A stretch of DNA of 59,579 nt, filler included. It is 5 parts of 5 records of this genome, joined end to end, with 100 filler letters (N's around TTAATTAATTAA, not from the genome) between each part and the next. Parts side by side here need not be neighbours in the genome. Positions count along the whole stretch, not along the records: positions 10,570 to 19,059 come from SRR31156797_17166; 4 more parts are not named here. One strand, given 5' to 3'. The position numbers and the translations under genes were made by a program. Positions 11,113 through 19,159 of the stretch are shown here, one piece after another. Positions within the stretch are counted from its first letter, which is position 1. Each line of letters opens with the position of its first letter. Below the pieces are notes generated by a model. The model saw nothing but the letters and a program-made list of their open reading frames with translations, had not been told where the DNA came from and did not search any database.

Positions 11113-11204
11113 AGCATGCTAAAATATACTTGCTACGGTATGTTATTTTAGCATACTAAACCCTGTTTCTGACTACGGTTAGGAATGGGGTTTAATTATT
11201 TTTT
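11113..11204 (+). ncRNA. Candidate small antisense RNA with two cUACGg-capped hairpins and a T-rich tail
   Basis: Stem 1 ATGCTAAAATA..TGC-TACG-GTA..TATTTTAGCAT; stem 2 AAACCCTGTTTCTGAC-TACG-GTTAGGAATGGGGTTT (16 bp, four G-U pairs that form only on the + strand). Confidence 0.5.
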
Positions 11205-11375
11205 GTGCTTTCTCAGAATCATTTCTTTTTTCTCTTCATCAAATATTAAGTCAACTTGCCTATCGTCAGCACTAACTTCAATTTTATCTAACCAACTTTT
11301 AGGAACACTTAATCTTGTTGCAATACTTCCAGAGCCTGATTTTGAGAAAGAAATGTTTAAGGTTCTTTTTTCCAA
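11196..11375 (-). CDS. AbrB/MazE/SpoVT-like DNA-binding protein, 59 aa (not in ORF track)
   Basis: Manual translation from TTG: MEKRTLNISFSKSGSGSIATRLSVPKSWLDKIEVSADDRQVDLIFDEEKKEMILRKHKK*; SD AGGAGG; RLSVPKSW core typical of the swapped-hairpin fold. Confidence 0.85.
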   Translation of the reverse strand: MEKRTLNISFSKSGSGSIATRLSVPKSWLDKIEVSADDRQVDLIFDEEKKEMILRKHKK

Positions 11376-11390
11376 AGAACACCCCTCCTA

Positions 11391-11432
11391 ACTGTACGTC
11401 ATAATTGTACATCAAAAATGACGTACAGTCAA
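11391..11432 (-). promoter_or_regulatory. sigma70 promoter overlapped by a 12-bp inverted-repeat operator
   Basis: Minus strand TTGACT-17nt-TACAAT (11432-11427, 11409-11404); ACTGTACGTCAT (11391-11402) and ATGACGTACAGT (11418-11429). Confidence 0.85.
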
Positions 11433-11840
11433 CTCTATAAACTTCATCAATATTTTCTTTTAGTTTTACACTTTTTAATTCTTTAATCATGAATAGTTAA
11501 ATTTGCAATTAAGCAATGTTTTTGTTAAAAACTAGCTGTATTGTATAAAAATAAAACTTACAAAAAATATTAAACATTTTTCTCCTAAAGTAATTCTGTT
11601 TAATCTAATTCTTATAAGAAAACATCTATACTGAAAACAGATTAATGAATCAAATTAAATAATTTTTCTCATTAAAATCAGCAACAAATCAATTTAATCT
11701 TGATTTATTTTAATATTTTGATATAATAATCTTACCTAAATTAAAAAACAGTTAATTATAGGTGAAACACTTGCAAAAGTACTAAAAAATTTTAACAATA
11801 TTTAACTATATCTATTCATTAAGAGGAAAAGGTGATTTGA

Positions 11841-12305
11841 ATGAAAATGAAAATATTATTATTAACAATTCTTGCCATATTATTTACAAGTTGCGGTTTC
11901 GAAGAATTTTTGGCTTTAACAGGACTAGAAGACGTTCCAGCTTATTCACTAGATACATCGTCAGATTCCACTGAAACTGCAGTATCAGATTCTGATTCTA
12001 ATTCCGATTCTGATTCTGATTCTGATTCCGACGATGCTACTCCGACATACAGCACAATCGTTGATTATGCTTCTATTGTTGTGGGAAGTAAAAAAGCTTC
12101 TGCTATCGTTGCATTAACCGACACTTCTGAATCTGGTGCTACTGTAATCGTTACTGATCCGGATGGTAATTCTAAAACTTTAACTTATGATTCTGGTAAT
12201 TTCTATTACAATACCGGAGGAATTACAGCAACTTCCGGAGAAACTTTTATAGTTTCTGTCACTATTGATGGTACTACATATAGTGGAGCAGTTAGCGTTA
12301 CTTAA
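11841..12305 (+). CDS. Lipoprotein with Ser-Asp repeat linker and small beta-rich C-terminal domain
   Basis: Signal peptide ending in lipobox FTSC; SDSDSNSDSDSDSDSDD tract. Confidence 0.8.
   Translation: MKMKILLLTILAILFTSCGFEEFLALTGLEDVPAYSLDTSSDSTETAVSDSDSNSDSDSDSDSDDATPTYSTIVDYASIVVGSKKASAIVALTDTSESGATVIVTDPDGNSKTLTYDSGNFYYNTGGITATSGETFIVSVTIDGTTYSGAVSVT
11985..12035 (+). repeat. In-frame hexamer tandem repeat (GATTCT/GATTCC) encoding Ser-Asp
   Basis: tcagattctgattctaattccgattctgattctgattctgattccgacgat. Confidence 0.9.
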
Positions 12306-12313
12306 TTGGATTC

Positions 12314-12347
12314 AAAAGAGATTTAAGCAAATTAAATCTCTTTTTTT
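12314..12347 (+). terminator. Intrinsic terminator
   Basis: AAAAGAGATTTAA-GCAAA-TTAAATCTCTTTTTTT. Confidence 0.8.
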
Positions 12348-12491
12348 ATTACATAAATTCTTTATGCAGGATATTTTTTTGATAGAAATTAATCATTTAA
12401 TCCAAAAAATACCCCACTTGCCTAATTTCATTTTTACTGTTACAATATTAATGTCATATAAATCAAGCTTTGAATTAACAAGGAGTACATT

Positions 12492-12626
12492 ATGAGAATA
12501 AAAAAATCTATATTATTGATAGCATTAGCATTACTTCTAGTCGGATGTTCATCTATTGACGAAGAACTATACGATCCAATGGTTAAATATCAAAGTAATG
12601 AAACACTAAATACTACTGTATTATAA
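12492..12626 (+). CDS. Small lipoprotein, 44 aa (not in ORF track)
   Basis: MRIKKSILLIALALLLVGCSSIDEELYDPMVKYQSNETLNTTVL*; SD AGGAG at 12481-12485; lipobox LVGC. Confidence 0.75.
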   Translation: MRIKKSILLIALALLLVGCSSIDEELYDPMVKYQSNETLNTTVL

Positions 12627-12640
12627 AAGGAGATAGGGAC

Positions 12641-13600
12641 ATGGTTTACACAGAAATAAATCCAGTAGATGTAATATTTGTCGTAATGGCAGACGGTCAT
12701 AGTGTCGGAAAAAAGTTTCCTGCATTTTATAAATCAAAGTATAAATCTAATCCTGATGAATTAGTAAAGAGTACTTTGGAAAACGGATTTTTAGAAGAAA
12801 TTATCGATTATAGAGAGGGTCTAGCTAAGTCAAAAGTGACTAAGCTAAAAATGATCCTGAAAAGTTATAAGCTAAACATAACAGGAAGAAAAGCTGAACT
12901 TATTAATAGAATATTAGAAAATGTTCCTCAAAAAGAGCTAAAAGATATGTTTGAGGAAAAACAATATCAAATAACTAGTAAAGGTAAAAAATTTATCAAA
13001 GATAATGATTTTGCCCTAATATATCATAATACAAAAGTATTATCGAACTATATCTCATTAGAGGATTATTATGAGCTTTGTCTGGAAAATCCTCGTATGA
13101 GTGCAGCAGAAGTTTTAGTTGATTTCTTCAGGGAAAACTCTGAATTTCATCTAGAATTTAAAAATTGGGATAATTATGTAGAGATTCAGGAGATGTTATA
13201 CACTATCACAAAAGACCTTAAGTATAAGTGCCTTATCTCATTCGTAGGAATCAACTTCCTTAATTCCAAATTCAAGCAAGCATTTCCTAAGCAAGATGAA
13301 GTAATACTATTTAAAGAAATCTTCTCTAGGGAAGTCAAAATATTTTATGAGTATTCACCAAAATATTCAACTAGAAATACTCTGAATATAATTTTATCAG
13401 CTGCAAAAAATGAAAATAAAAAAACTCCGGATAAAAAAGATGTAAAAATAAAAACTGAAAATCATAAAAAAAGTTCAAGTACGCATGATTTTGTTATTCG
13501 TCAAGTAAGACCAATTAATATGAAAACTGAAAATGTTTTCCCTATAGCTTTAGGAATTATAGGACTTGTCGTTCTAATATATTTTTACTTAAATTTTTAA
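12641..13600 (+). CDS. SAP-domain protein with C-terminal transmembrane helix
   Basis: LAKSKVTKLKMILKSYKLNITGRKAELINRILEN matches the SAP motif; hydrophobic C-terminus. Confidence 0.7.
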   Translation: MVYTEINPVDVIFVVMADGHSVGKKFPAFYKSKYKSNPDELVKSTLENGFLEEIIDYREGLAKSKVTKLKMILKSYKLNITGRKAELINRILENVPQKELKDMFEEKQYQITSKGKKFIKDNDFALIYHNTKVLSNYISLEDYYELCLENPRMSAAEVLVDFFRENSEFHLEFKNWDNYVEIQEMLYTITKDLKYKCLISFVGINFLNSKFKQAFPKQDEVILFKEIFSREVKIFYEYSPKYSTRNTLNIILSAAKNENKKTPDKKDVKIKTENHKKSSSTHDFVIRQVRPINMKTENVFPIALGIIGLVVLIYFYLNF

Positions 13601-13622
13601 TTATACTAAACTAAAATCTATC

Positions 13623-13665
13623 TCCTCTAATTTGCGACATTTTCCAAGCAATTAGAGGATTTTTT
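13623..13665 (+). terminator. Intrinsic terminator
   Basis: TCCTCTAATT...AATTAGAGGA followed by TTTTTT. Confidence 0.6.
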
Positions 13666-13741
13666 ATTTATTATGGTATTAATTATAGAAGAGAATCTTT
13701 GTTTTAAATAATAATAAAAATAATTACAAGGAGTGTAAAAC

Positions 13742-16700
13742 ATGAAAATTAATTTGAATAATTATAGAAAAAAAATCTTATGCTCTATTGCTTTTTTCTC
13801 ATTTACTCTTATGTTTTTTAGTATATCATATTCAAATTCTATTATAGAGCCAAATACAAAACCAGCACATGAAATCATTGACAGAAATAGTGGTTTATCA
13901 AACCTGTCTGTTTCATCTATGATACAAGATAAGTATGGTTTTCTATGGTTTGGAACTCAGGGTGGACTTAATAGATATGATGGTAGAGAAGTAAAAGTAT
14001 ACAGAAATGATCCTTTTACAGATAATGGTCTCATTCATAATCTGATACAGACTATGTATTATGATGAGGAAAATCATGAAATATGGCTGGGAACATATCA
14101 GGGTATTTCACGATTTTCTATTAAAACTCAGAGCTTTCAACAATATACGGTTGAGCAAAATGACCTGTCTAATCCAATAGTTGTCGCTATAGAAAAAGAT
14201 GATCAGGGGCAGTTTTGGGTAGGTACAATGAACGGGCTAAATAAAATCAATCCTATAACTAATCACCTGTCGAAGTATGAAGTTCCGGGGAAAACTGTTA
14301 GAGATATCCATATCGACTCAGCAGGAACAATCTATTTAGGTACTTATAACGGTTTATGTTACTTTGACGAAGGAGATCAAGAGGTTAAAAAAGTTGAAGT
14401 TGAACTACCATCTCCATATGTAATGGTAGTGAATGAGCTCGAAAAAGGCGTCCTTACACTGGGAATGTGGGGGAATAACTCAACAAACGGAGGAACTGCG
14501 GAATACAACCTTCGTAGCCACAATGTTACTGTGAGGTATTATCCCGATAACAGAATATACACGCTAAGTAAAACAAAAGATAACATTCTATGGGTTGGAA
14601 GCTGGGGTGGAGGTTTATTTGCTGTCAAAGATGATAAAATTATTACACTAGCTGATGAGATTGAAAATTCTGAATACTCTACTGCTGTTATATATTCTCT
14701 CATGGAGGATAATACCGGAATCCTATGGATAGGAACTAATGGTAAAGGAATTCTTAAACTTAATCCTAGAAAAAAAGATTACCTTCTCTTTTCAAATAAA
14801 TTTAATAATAATAGAAAGATTAAATCAGGAAAAATTAATAATATTTTCCGTGATAGTAGGCATAACCTTTGGATAGAGATTTATGATCAAGGTGTTAGCC
14901 GTTTTGATCCCTCTACCCAGACGATGCATGAGTATATAAGTGATGAACACAATAATAGTTCGATAATTGATAATAAAATTAGTGATATCAAAGAGACTGA
15001 AAATGGAGATATTTTATTTTCAACAGGAAAAGGAGTCTGTATTTATAACTATGACAGTGATAGTTTCTCTAGACTGGATATCCTTTCTGATGATATTATC
15101 GTTTATGCTATTAAAGAAGATAAAGAGAGTAACCTCTGGATAGGTACTTATAATCATGGTACATACTTTTATAATCCCAAAACCAAAATTTTAAGACACT
15201 ACATGCACAGCGATGATAGTACAAATAAAATTTCAGATAATTTAACATATGATATCCTGATTGATAAAAAAGAGCGTGTCTGGGTAGCTACAAATAACGG
15301 ACTTAATCTCTATCTACCTGAGGATGATAAATTCAAAACATATTTCAAAGTCAATAATAGAAAAAGCTCTCTGGGTAGTAACGTCATTAGAGCATTACTT
15401 GAGGATTCAAAAGGTAATATATGGATCGGCTCAAATGGTGGTGGTATCTCAAAATTTAATGAAGAGGATGAGACATTCACAACCTATGTTGAAAAAGATG
15501 GTCTATCCAGTAACATAGTTGTTGGATTGCTTGAAGATGACAATGGGCGGCTATGGATATCAACTCTAAACGGATTATCAATATTTGATCCGGAGTCGAA
15601 AAAATTCAGTATCTTAACACCGGAAGATGGTATCGGTGCATGGGAATTTAACGCCGGTTCATTTAAGGATCAGGATGGCACTCTCCTATTTGGAGGGGCA
15701 CATGGCGTTACTGCTATTCCTTCTGATTTTACTTCAAAGCTCGCTATTTCACCTAAATTATATATATCTGACGTTAGACTATTTGAGAAATCAATTGCTC
15801 CGAATCGAGAGTTTTTCAATGATGATTCTCTGATTTTTTCTCCAAAGGAAAACTTTATTGCATTTAGATTTACTGCATTAGATTATGATACTCCCGAGAA
15901 AATAGAGTTTTCGTATAAATTGGAAAATTTTAATGAGCAGTGGATAAATATCAATACCAGAGATTATATCTCTTTTTCACACTTAGCCCCCGGCACATAC
16001 AGACTTTTAGTGAAAGCCACAACTGTTAAGGGGATTGAGTCTAAAATTGAAGAACTTAGTTTTACTATTAAAAGTCCATGGTATAGAACTAAGTATGCTT
16101 TTATTCTATATCTGCTTCTTTTAGCTATACTGATTTCTATTATTATTAAGTTAAGAGATTGGATCATGTTACGTAGAAAAAATACTGAACTAGCTGAAGT
16201 AAATAGAAAATTGGAACTCAAAAACAGAGAGTTAGTCGAAGTTTCTATAGTTGATGAATTAACCGGATTATATAACAGAAGATATTTCAATGCTAAAATT
16301 GAGGAACTTCTCACACTATCAAGAAGAAGTAAAACTCCATTAGCATTATTAATGCTTGATCTTGATAAATTCAAACCAATTAACGACACATATGGTCATT
16401 TAGTTGGGGATAATTTTTTAACAGACATAGGTTTACTCATTAAAAACTCTCTTGAAAGAAATACTGACTTCGGAACAAGATTTGGTGGAGATGAATTCGC
16501 TATCCTTCTATACGATACTGACGAAGCCGGTGCTGAGACAGTTGCAAAAAAAATCAAAAACGGGATAGCCAGACTACCTATTAGAACGGAAGAGGGCTTA
16601 TTCGACTCTCTCTATACTACTGTCAGTATAGGGCTTATCTCTATGACTCCTAATAATAAAACTACTGTTGAACTTATAATCGAGAGAGCAGATAAAGCTC

Positions 16701-16765
16701 TATATAAAGCCAAAACAGGCGGAAGAAACAAAATATGTACTGATAAGATGTGTAATATTAAATAG
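13742..16765 (+). CDS. Diguanylate cyclase with periplasmic beta-propeller (Reg_prop) and Y_Y_Y sensor region
   Basis: Repeated D..G.LWIGT..GL units, Y_Y_Y domain (YKLENF...LAPGTYRL), TM helix, DELTGLYNRR, RNTD I-site, RFGGDEF. Confidence 0.92.
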   Translation: MKINLNNYRKKILCSIAFFSFTLMFFSISYSNSIIEPNTKPAHEIIDRNSGLSNLSVSSMIQDKYGFLWFGTQGGLNRYDGREVKVYRNDPFTDNGLIHNLIQTMYYDEENHEIWLGTYQGISRFSIKTQSFQQYTVEQNDLSNPIVVAIEKDDQGQFWVGTMNGLNKINPITNHLSKYEVPGKTVRDIHIDSAGTIYLGTYNGLCYFDEGDQEVKKVEVELPSPYVMVVNELEKGVLTLGMWGNNSTNGGTAEYNLRSHNVTVRYYPDNRIYTLSKTKDNILWVGSWGGGLFAVKDDKIITLADEIENSEYSTAVIYSLMEDNTGILWIGTNGKGILKLNPRKKDYLLFSNKFNNNRKIKSGKINNIFRDSRHNLWIEIYDQGVSRFDPSTQTMHEYISDEHNNSSIIDNKISDIKETENGDILFSTGKGVCIYNYDSDSFSRLDILSDDIIVYAIKEDKESNLWIGTYNHGTYFYNPKTKILRHYMHSDDSTNKISDNLTYDILIDKKERVWVATNNGLNLYLPEDDKFKTYFKVNNRKSSLGSNVIRALLEDSKGNIWIGSNGGGISKFNEEDETFTTYVEKDGLSSNIVVGLLEDDNGRLWISTLNGLSIFDPESKKFSILTPEDGIGAWEFNAGSFKDQDGTLLFGGAHGVTAIPSDFTSKLAISPKLYISDVRLFEKSIAPNREFFNDDSLIFSPKENFIAFRFTALDYDTPEKIEFSYKLENFNEQWININTRDYISFSHLAPGTYRLLVKATTVKGIESKIEELSFTIKSPWYRTKYAFILYLLLLAILISIIIKLRDWIMLRRKNTELAEVNRKLELKNRELVEVSIVDELTGLYNRRYFNAKIEELLTLSRRSKTPLALLMLDLDKFKPINDTYGHLVGDNFLTDIGLLIKNSLERNTDFGTRFGGDEFAILLYDTDEAGAETVAKKIKNGIARLPIRTEEGLFDSLYTTVSIGLISMTPNNKTTVELIIERADKALYKAKTGGRNKICTDKMCNIK

Positions 16766-16795
16766 TTTCAGAAACCGAATTTCCCAAACAAATCC

Positions 16796-16837
16796 AAAGC
16801 CTCATTTTACGTATTTACGTAAAATGAGGCTTTTTTT
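16796..16837 (+). terminator. Intrinsic terminator
   Basis: AAAGCCTCATTTTACGTA-TT-TACGTAAAATGAGGCTTTTTTT. Confidence 0.9.
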
Positions 16838-17209
16838 ATTAATTTCCTCTCAAATACAAACAAAGTATTGTTTTTACTTCTGAAACACGTTTCAAAACTG
16901 TATTTTCCCAACCTTTAAATCATGTTTTTTGTATTTTAATGCAATTTCTCTTACATACACCTCTCTCTATTTAATTAACTTTTTTAATCAAATTAACCTC
17001 TATAAGACTTTAATTTTAAATGACATATGCTATTATATACTATTCAAAACTCACTTTTCCTAGTTTTTATATTTTAGTACTCATCCCACCTCTGAAACCG
17101 GGATCATTTTAAAAAAAATTTTAAAAACTTTTTTATACAGGAAACTAAGTATTTACTTCGTTTGTAGCATGAAAAGCTTTTCCTATAAAAAGAATATCGG
17201 AAATTAAAG

Positions 17210-17238
17210 TTGACACAGAACCAAAAAGAATGTACTAT
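17210..17238 (+). promoter_or_regulatory. Near-consensus sigma70 promoter
   Basis: TTGACA (17210-17215), 17-nt spacer, TACTAT (17233-17238). Confidence 0.75.
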
Positions 17239-17665
17239 TGTACTACAAAATTATTGCTATCAAAACACGATTCTCGACTTTTTACGTAATGTTAATTTTG
17301 TGTAAAGAATTGGTAAATGAAAAATGAACTAAATCAGAACTCGATGTCGTAAATAAGAAAAAGTTCTTTTGTTGCCTTTTCAGATTGACATCTCCGAGTT
17401 TTTGTCAGTCATCTAGCTTGATGACGTCTAAAAACCCAGTAAAAACAACATTTGTATACGGTTACATTTAGGTTTCAACGTTTAAAAATACTTTGTTTCC
17501 ATTTTTTAAACAATTAGAAATTTAAATGATACCTCAAAAAGTATTAACTTGATCGTTTCATGAATTAGAATATGGGACTCATTTTACACATCTAAGGCTT
17601 TTATTATTATATTAAAATAAATTATGAAGGGAGGCTGTATTGCTTTTATATTAGCAATACAAACA

Positions 17666-18952
17666 ATGAAAATGAAAAAATATCTATTTTTACTTGCAGT
17701 TCTAGCTGTGTGCAACAACAACGCTCAAGCTATTGATATTTCAGGGAGTTCTCTGGAGTACACTGCAAAATTCTCAGATGTTGAAAACTATGCTGATAAG
17801 GATGGAGAGGTGGAATTCCAAGTTAATTTTGATAACTTCAAATTGAAGTATTCATCAGACATCAAAAATAACAAGAGTGATACTGACACAACTCTTGATC
17901 TTACTTACTCAAACGACCTTGATAAAAAAACATCTTATCAAATTAAGGCAAAGCTTGATACTTCTACCGGTACTGGTTTCTTCATCGATACTGAGTCAGA
18001 TGATACTTATTTAAAACACAGAGTAAATAACAGTTTCGATTTAACTTTCTATCCATTCAACTCTATCTCAAGTGTTGGTAATGAATTAGAAACAACAGAG
18101 GTTGCTGAAATTAATTACTTCACGGAGAAATATACAAATATCAGTGGTACTTCAGATGCTGAGCTTGGTAATAAAACTTTACCTGGAATCCAAACAAAAT
18201 ATACTTTTGACAAAATCAATTCTGCATATTTAACAGTTGGTGCTGTTACTTATGACGCTCCTGTGGATTTCGACCTTGAAACTTCTACTATGCCGTCACA
18301 ATGGCAATCAAGAGTTGATATCGGATATAAAGTTGGATATACATATGACAATGAATTAACTATTGTTAAAGTAGAATATGCATCACATACTGACAGTGAA
18401 GAAGCAGGATCATTATTAGAGTCAGCAGGAGCTGTTGAAGTAACTCAAGAATTCAATAACTTAGTATTCGAATTCGAAGCAGTATACAGTAAAGCTGGAA
18501 GCAATCCATACTATCTTGACGGAAATGAATTCGCTCAACTTAGTACTTATGAACCTGTTTACAAACAAGATTGGGTAGGAGAAGCTGATTTTGGTGCTTA
18601 TGCAAAAGTAAGTTATGAAGTTAATCAAAATTTATTCCCATTCATCACATTTAATCATTATGGAGAAAAATTCATCTATGATGGTGAAAATTCAGCTCAT
18701 AAATTAAGAACTGGATATGAAGGAGATCAAGGATTTAACGATTCTGACTCACATGGTGGACTTAGCGTAGTTAAATTAGGAGCTAAATATCAATACAAAG
18801 AGATGTCAATTACTCCATTCTACGAATATAAACAAGCAGGAAATGCAGTATTCACTCCAGAAGATGATTTAACTGCAAAATCTGAATTAAGAACTGATGA
18901 TTTAGTTGATACTGCTTATGTAGCAGGAATAAACGTAAAGTTTGAATTTTAG
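17666..18952 (+). CDS. Putative outer-membrane beta-barrel protein (porin-like)
   Basis: Signal peptide MKMKKYLFLLAVLAVCNNNAQA; amphipathic beta strands; C-terminal beta-signal ending INVKFEF. Start is 17666 or 17672. Confidence 0.75.
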   Translation: MKMKKYLFLLAVLAVCNNNAQAIDISGSSLEYTAKFSDVENYADKDGEVEFQVNFDNFKLKYSSDIKNNKSDTDTTLDLTYSNDLDKKTSYQIKAKLDTSTGTGFFIDTESDDTYLKHRVNNSFDLTFYPFNSISSVGNELETTEVAEINYFTEKYTNISGTSDAELGNKTLPGIQTKYTFDKINSAYLTVGAVTYDAPVDFDLETSTMPSQWQSRVDIGYKVGYTYDNELTIVKVEYASHTDSEEAGSLLESAGAVEVTQEFNNLVFEFEAVYSKAGSNPYYLDGNEFAQLSTYEPVYKQDWVGEADFGAYAKVSYEVNQNLFPFITFNHYGEKFIYDGENSAHKLRTGYEGDQGFNDSDSHGGLSVVKLGAKYQYKEMSITPFYEYKQAGNAVFTPEDDLTAKSELRTDDLVDTAYVAGINVKFEF

Positions 18953-19059
18953 ATTTTAGAAAATCAAAAACATCGTTTTATTATAACGTGTGGATATAAA
19001 AATTTAATTATATAGTTTATTTTTCTAACCAAAGTCAGATTAGAAGATTTTTTAGTTCA

Positions 19060-19159
19060 NNNNNNNNNNNNNNNNNNNNNNNNNNNNNNNNNNNNNNNNN
19101 NNNTTAATTAATTAANNNNNNNNNNNNNNNNNNNNNNNNNNNNNNNNNNNNNNNNNNNN
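19060..19159. other. Artificial contig spacer
   Basis: 44 N + TTAATTAATTAA + 44 N. Confidence 0.98.

Noticed and set aside
11185-11490. ORF-track ORFs 11185-11391 (+) and 11299-11490 (-)
   Set aside because: Shadow frames over the better supported 59-aa AbrB-like gene and its promoter
13870-15720. Repeated W-I-G-T units as a DNA repeat array or CRISPR
   Set aside because: Protein-level beta-propeller blades with divergent DNA; no CRISPR array or cas gene seen anywhere in the window
17560-17600. GGGACTCA...ATCTAAGG resembles part of the c-di-GMP-I (GEMM) riboswitch
   Set aside because: No GGCAAAC/GNRA-capped P2 or matching P1 pairing; too degenerate to call
17624-17665. ORF-track N-terminal extension MKGGCIAFILAIQT of the OMP
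   Set aside because: It spans the SD and hairpin, has no SD of its own, and the signal peptide begins at 17666/17672
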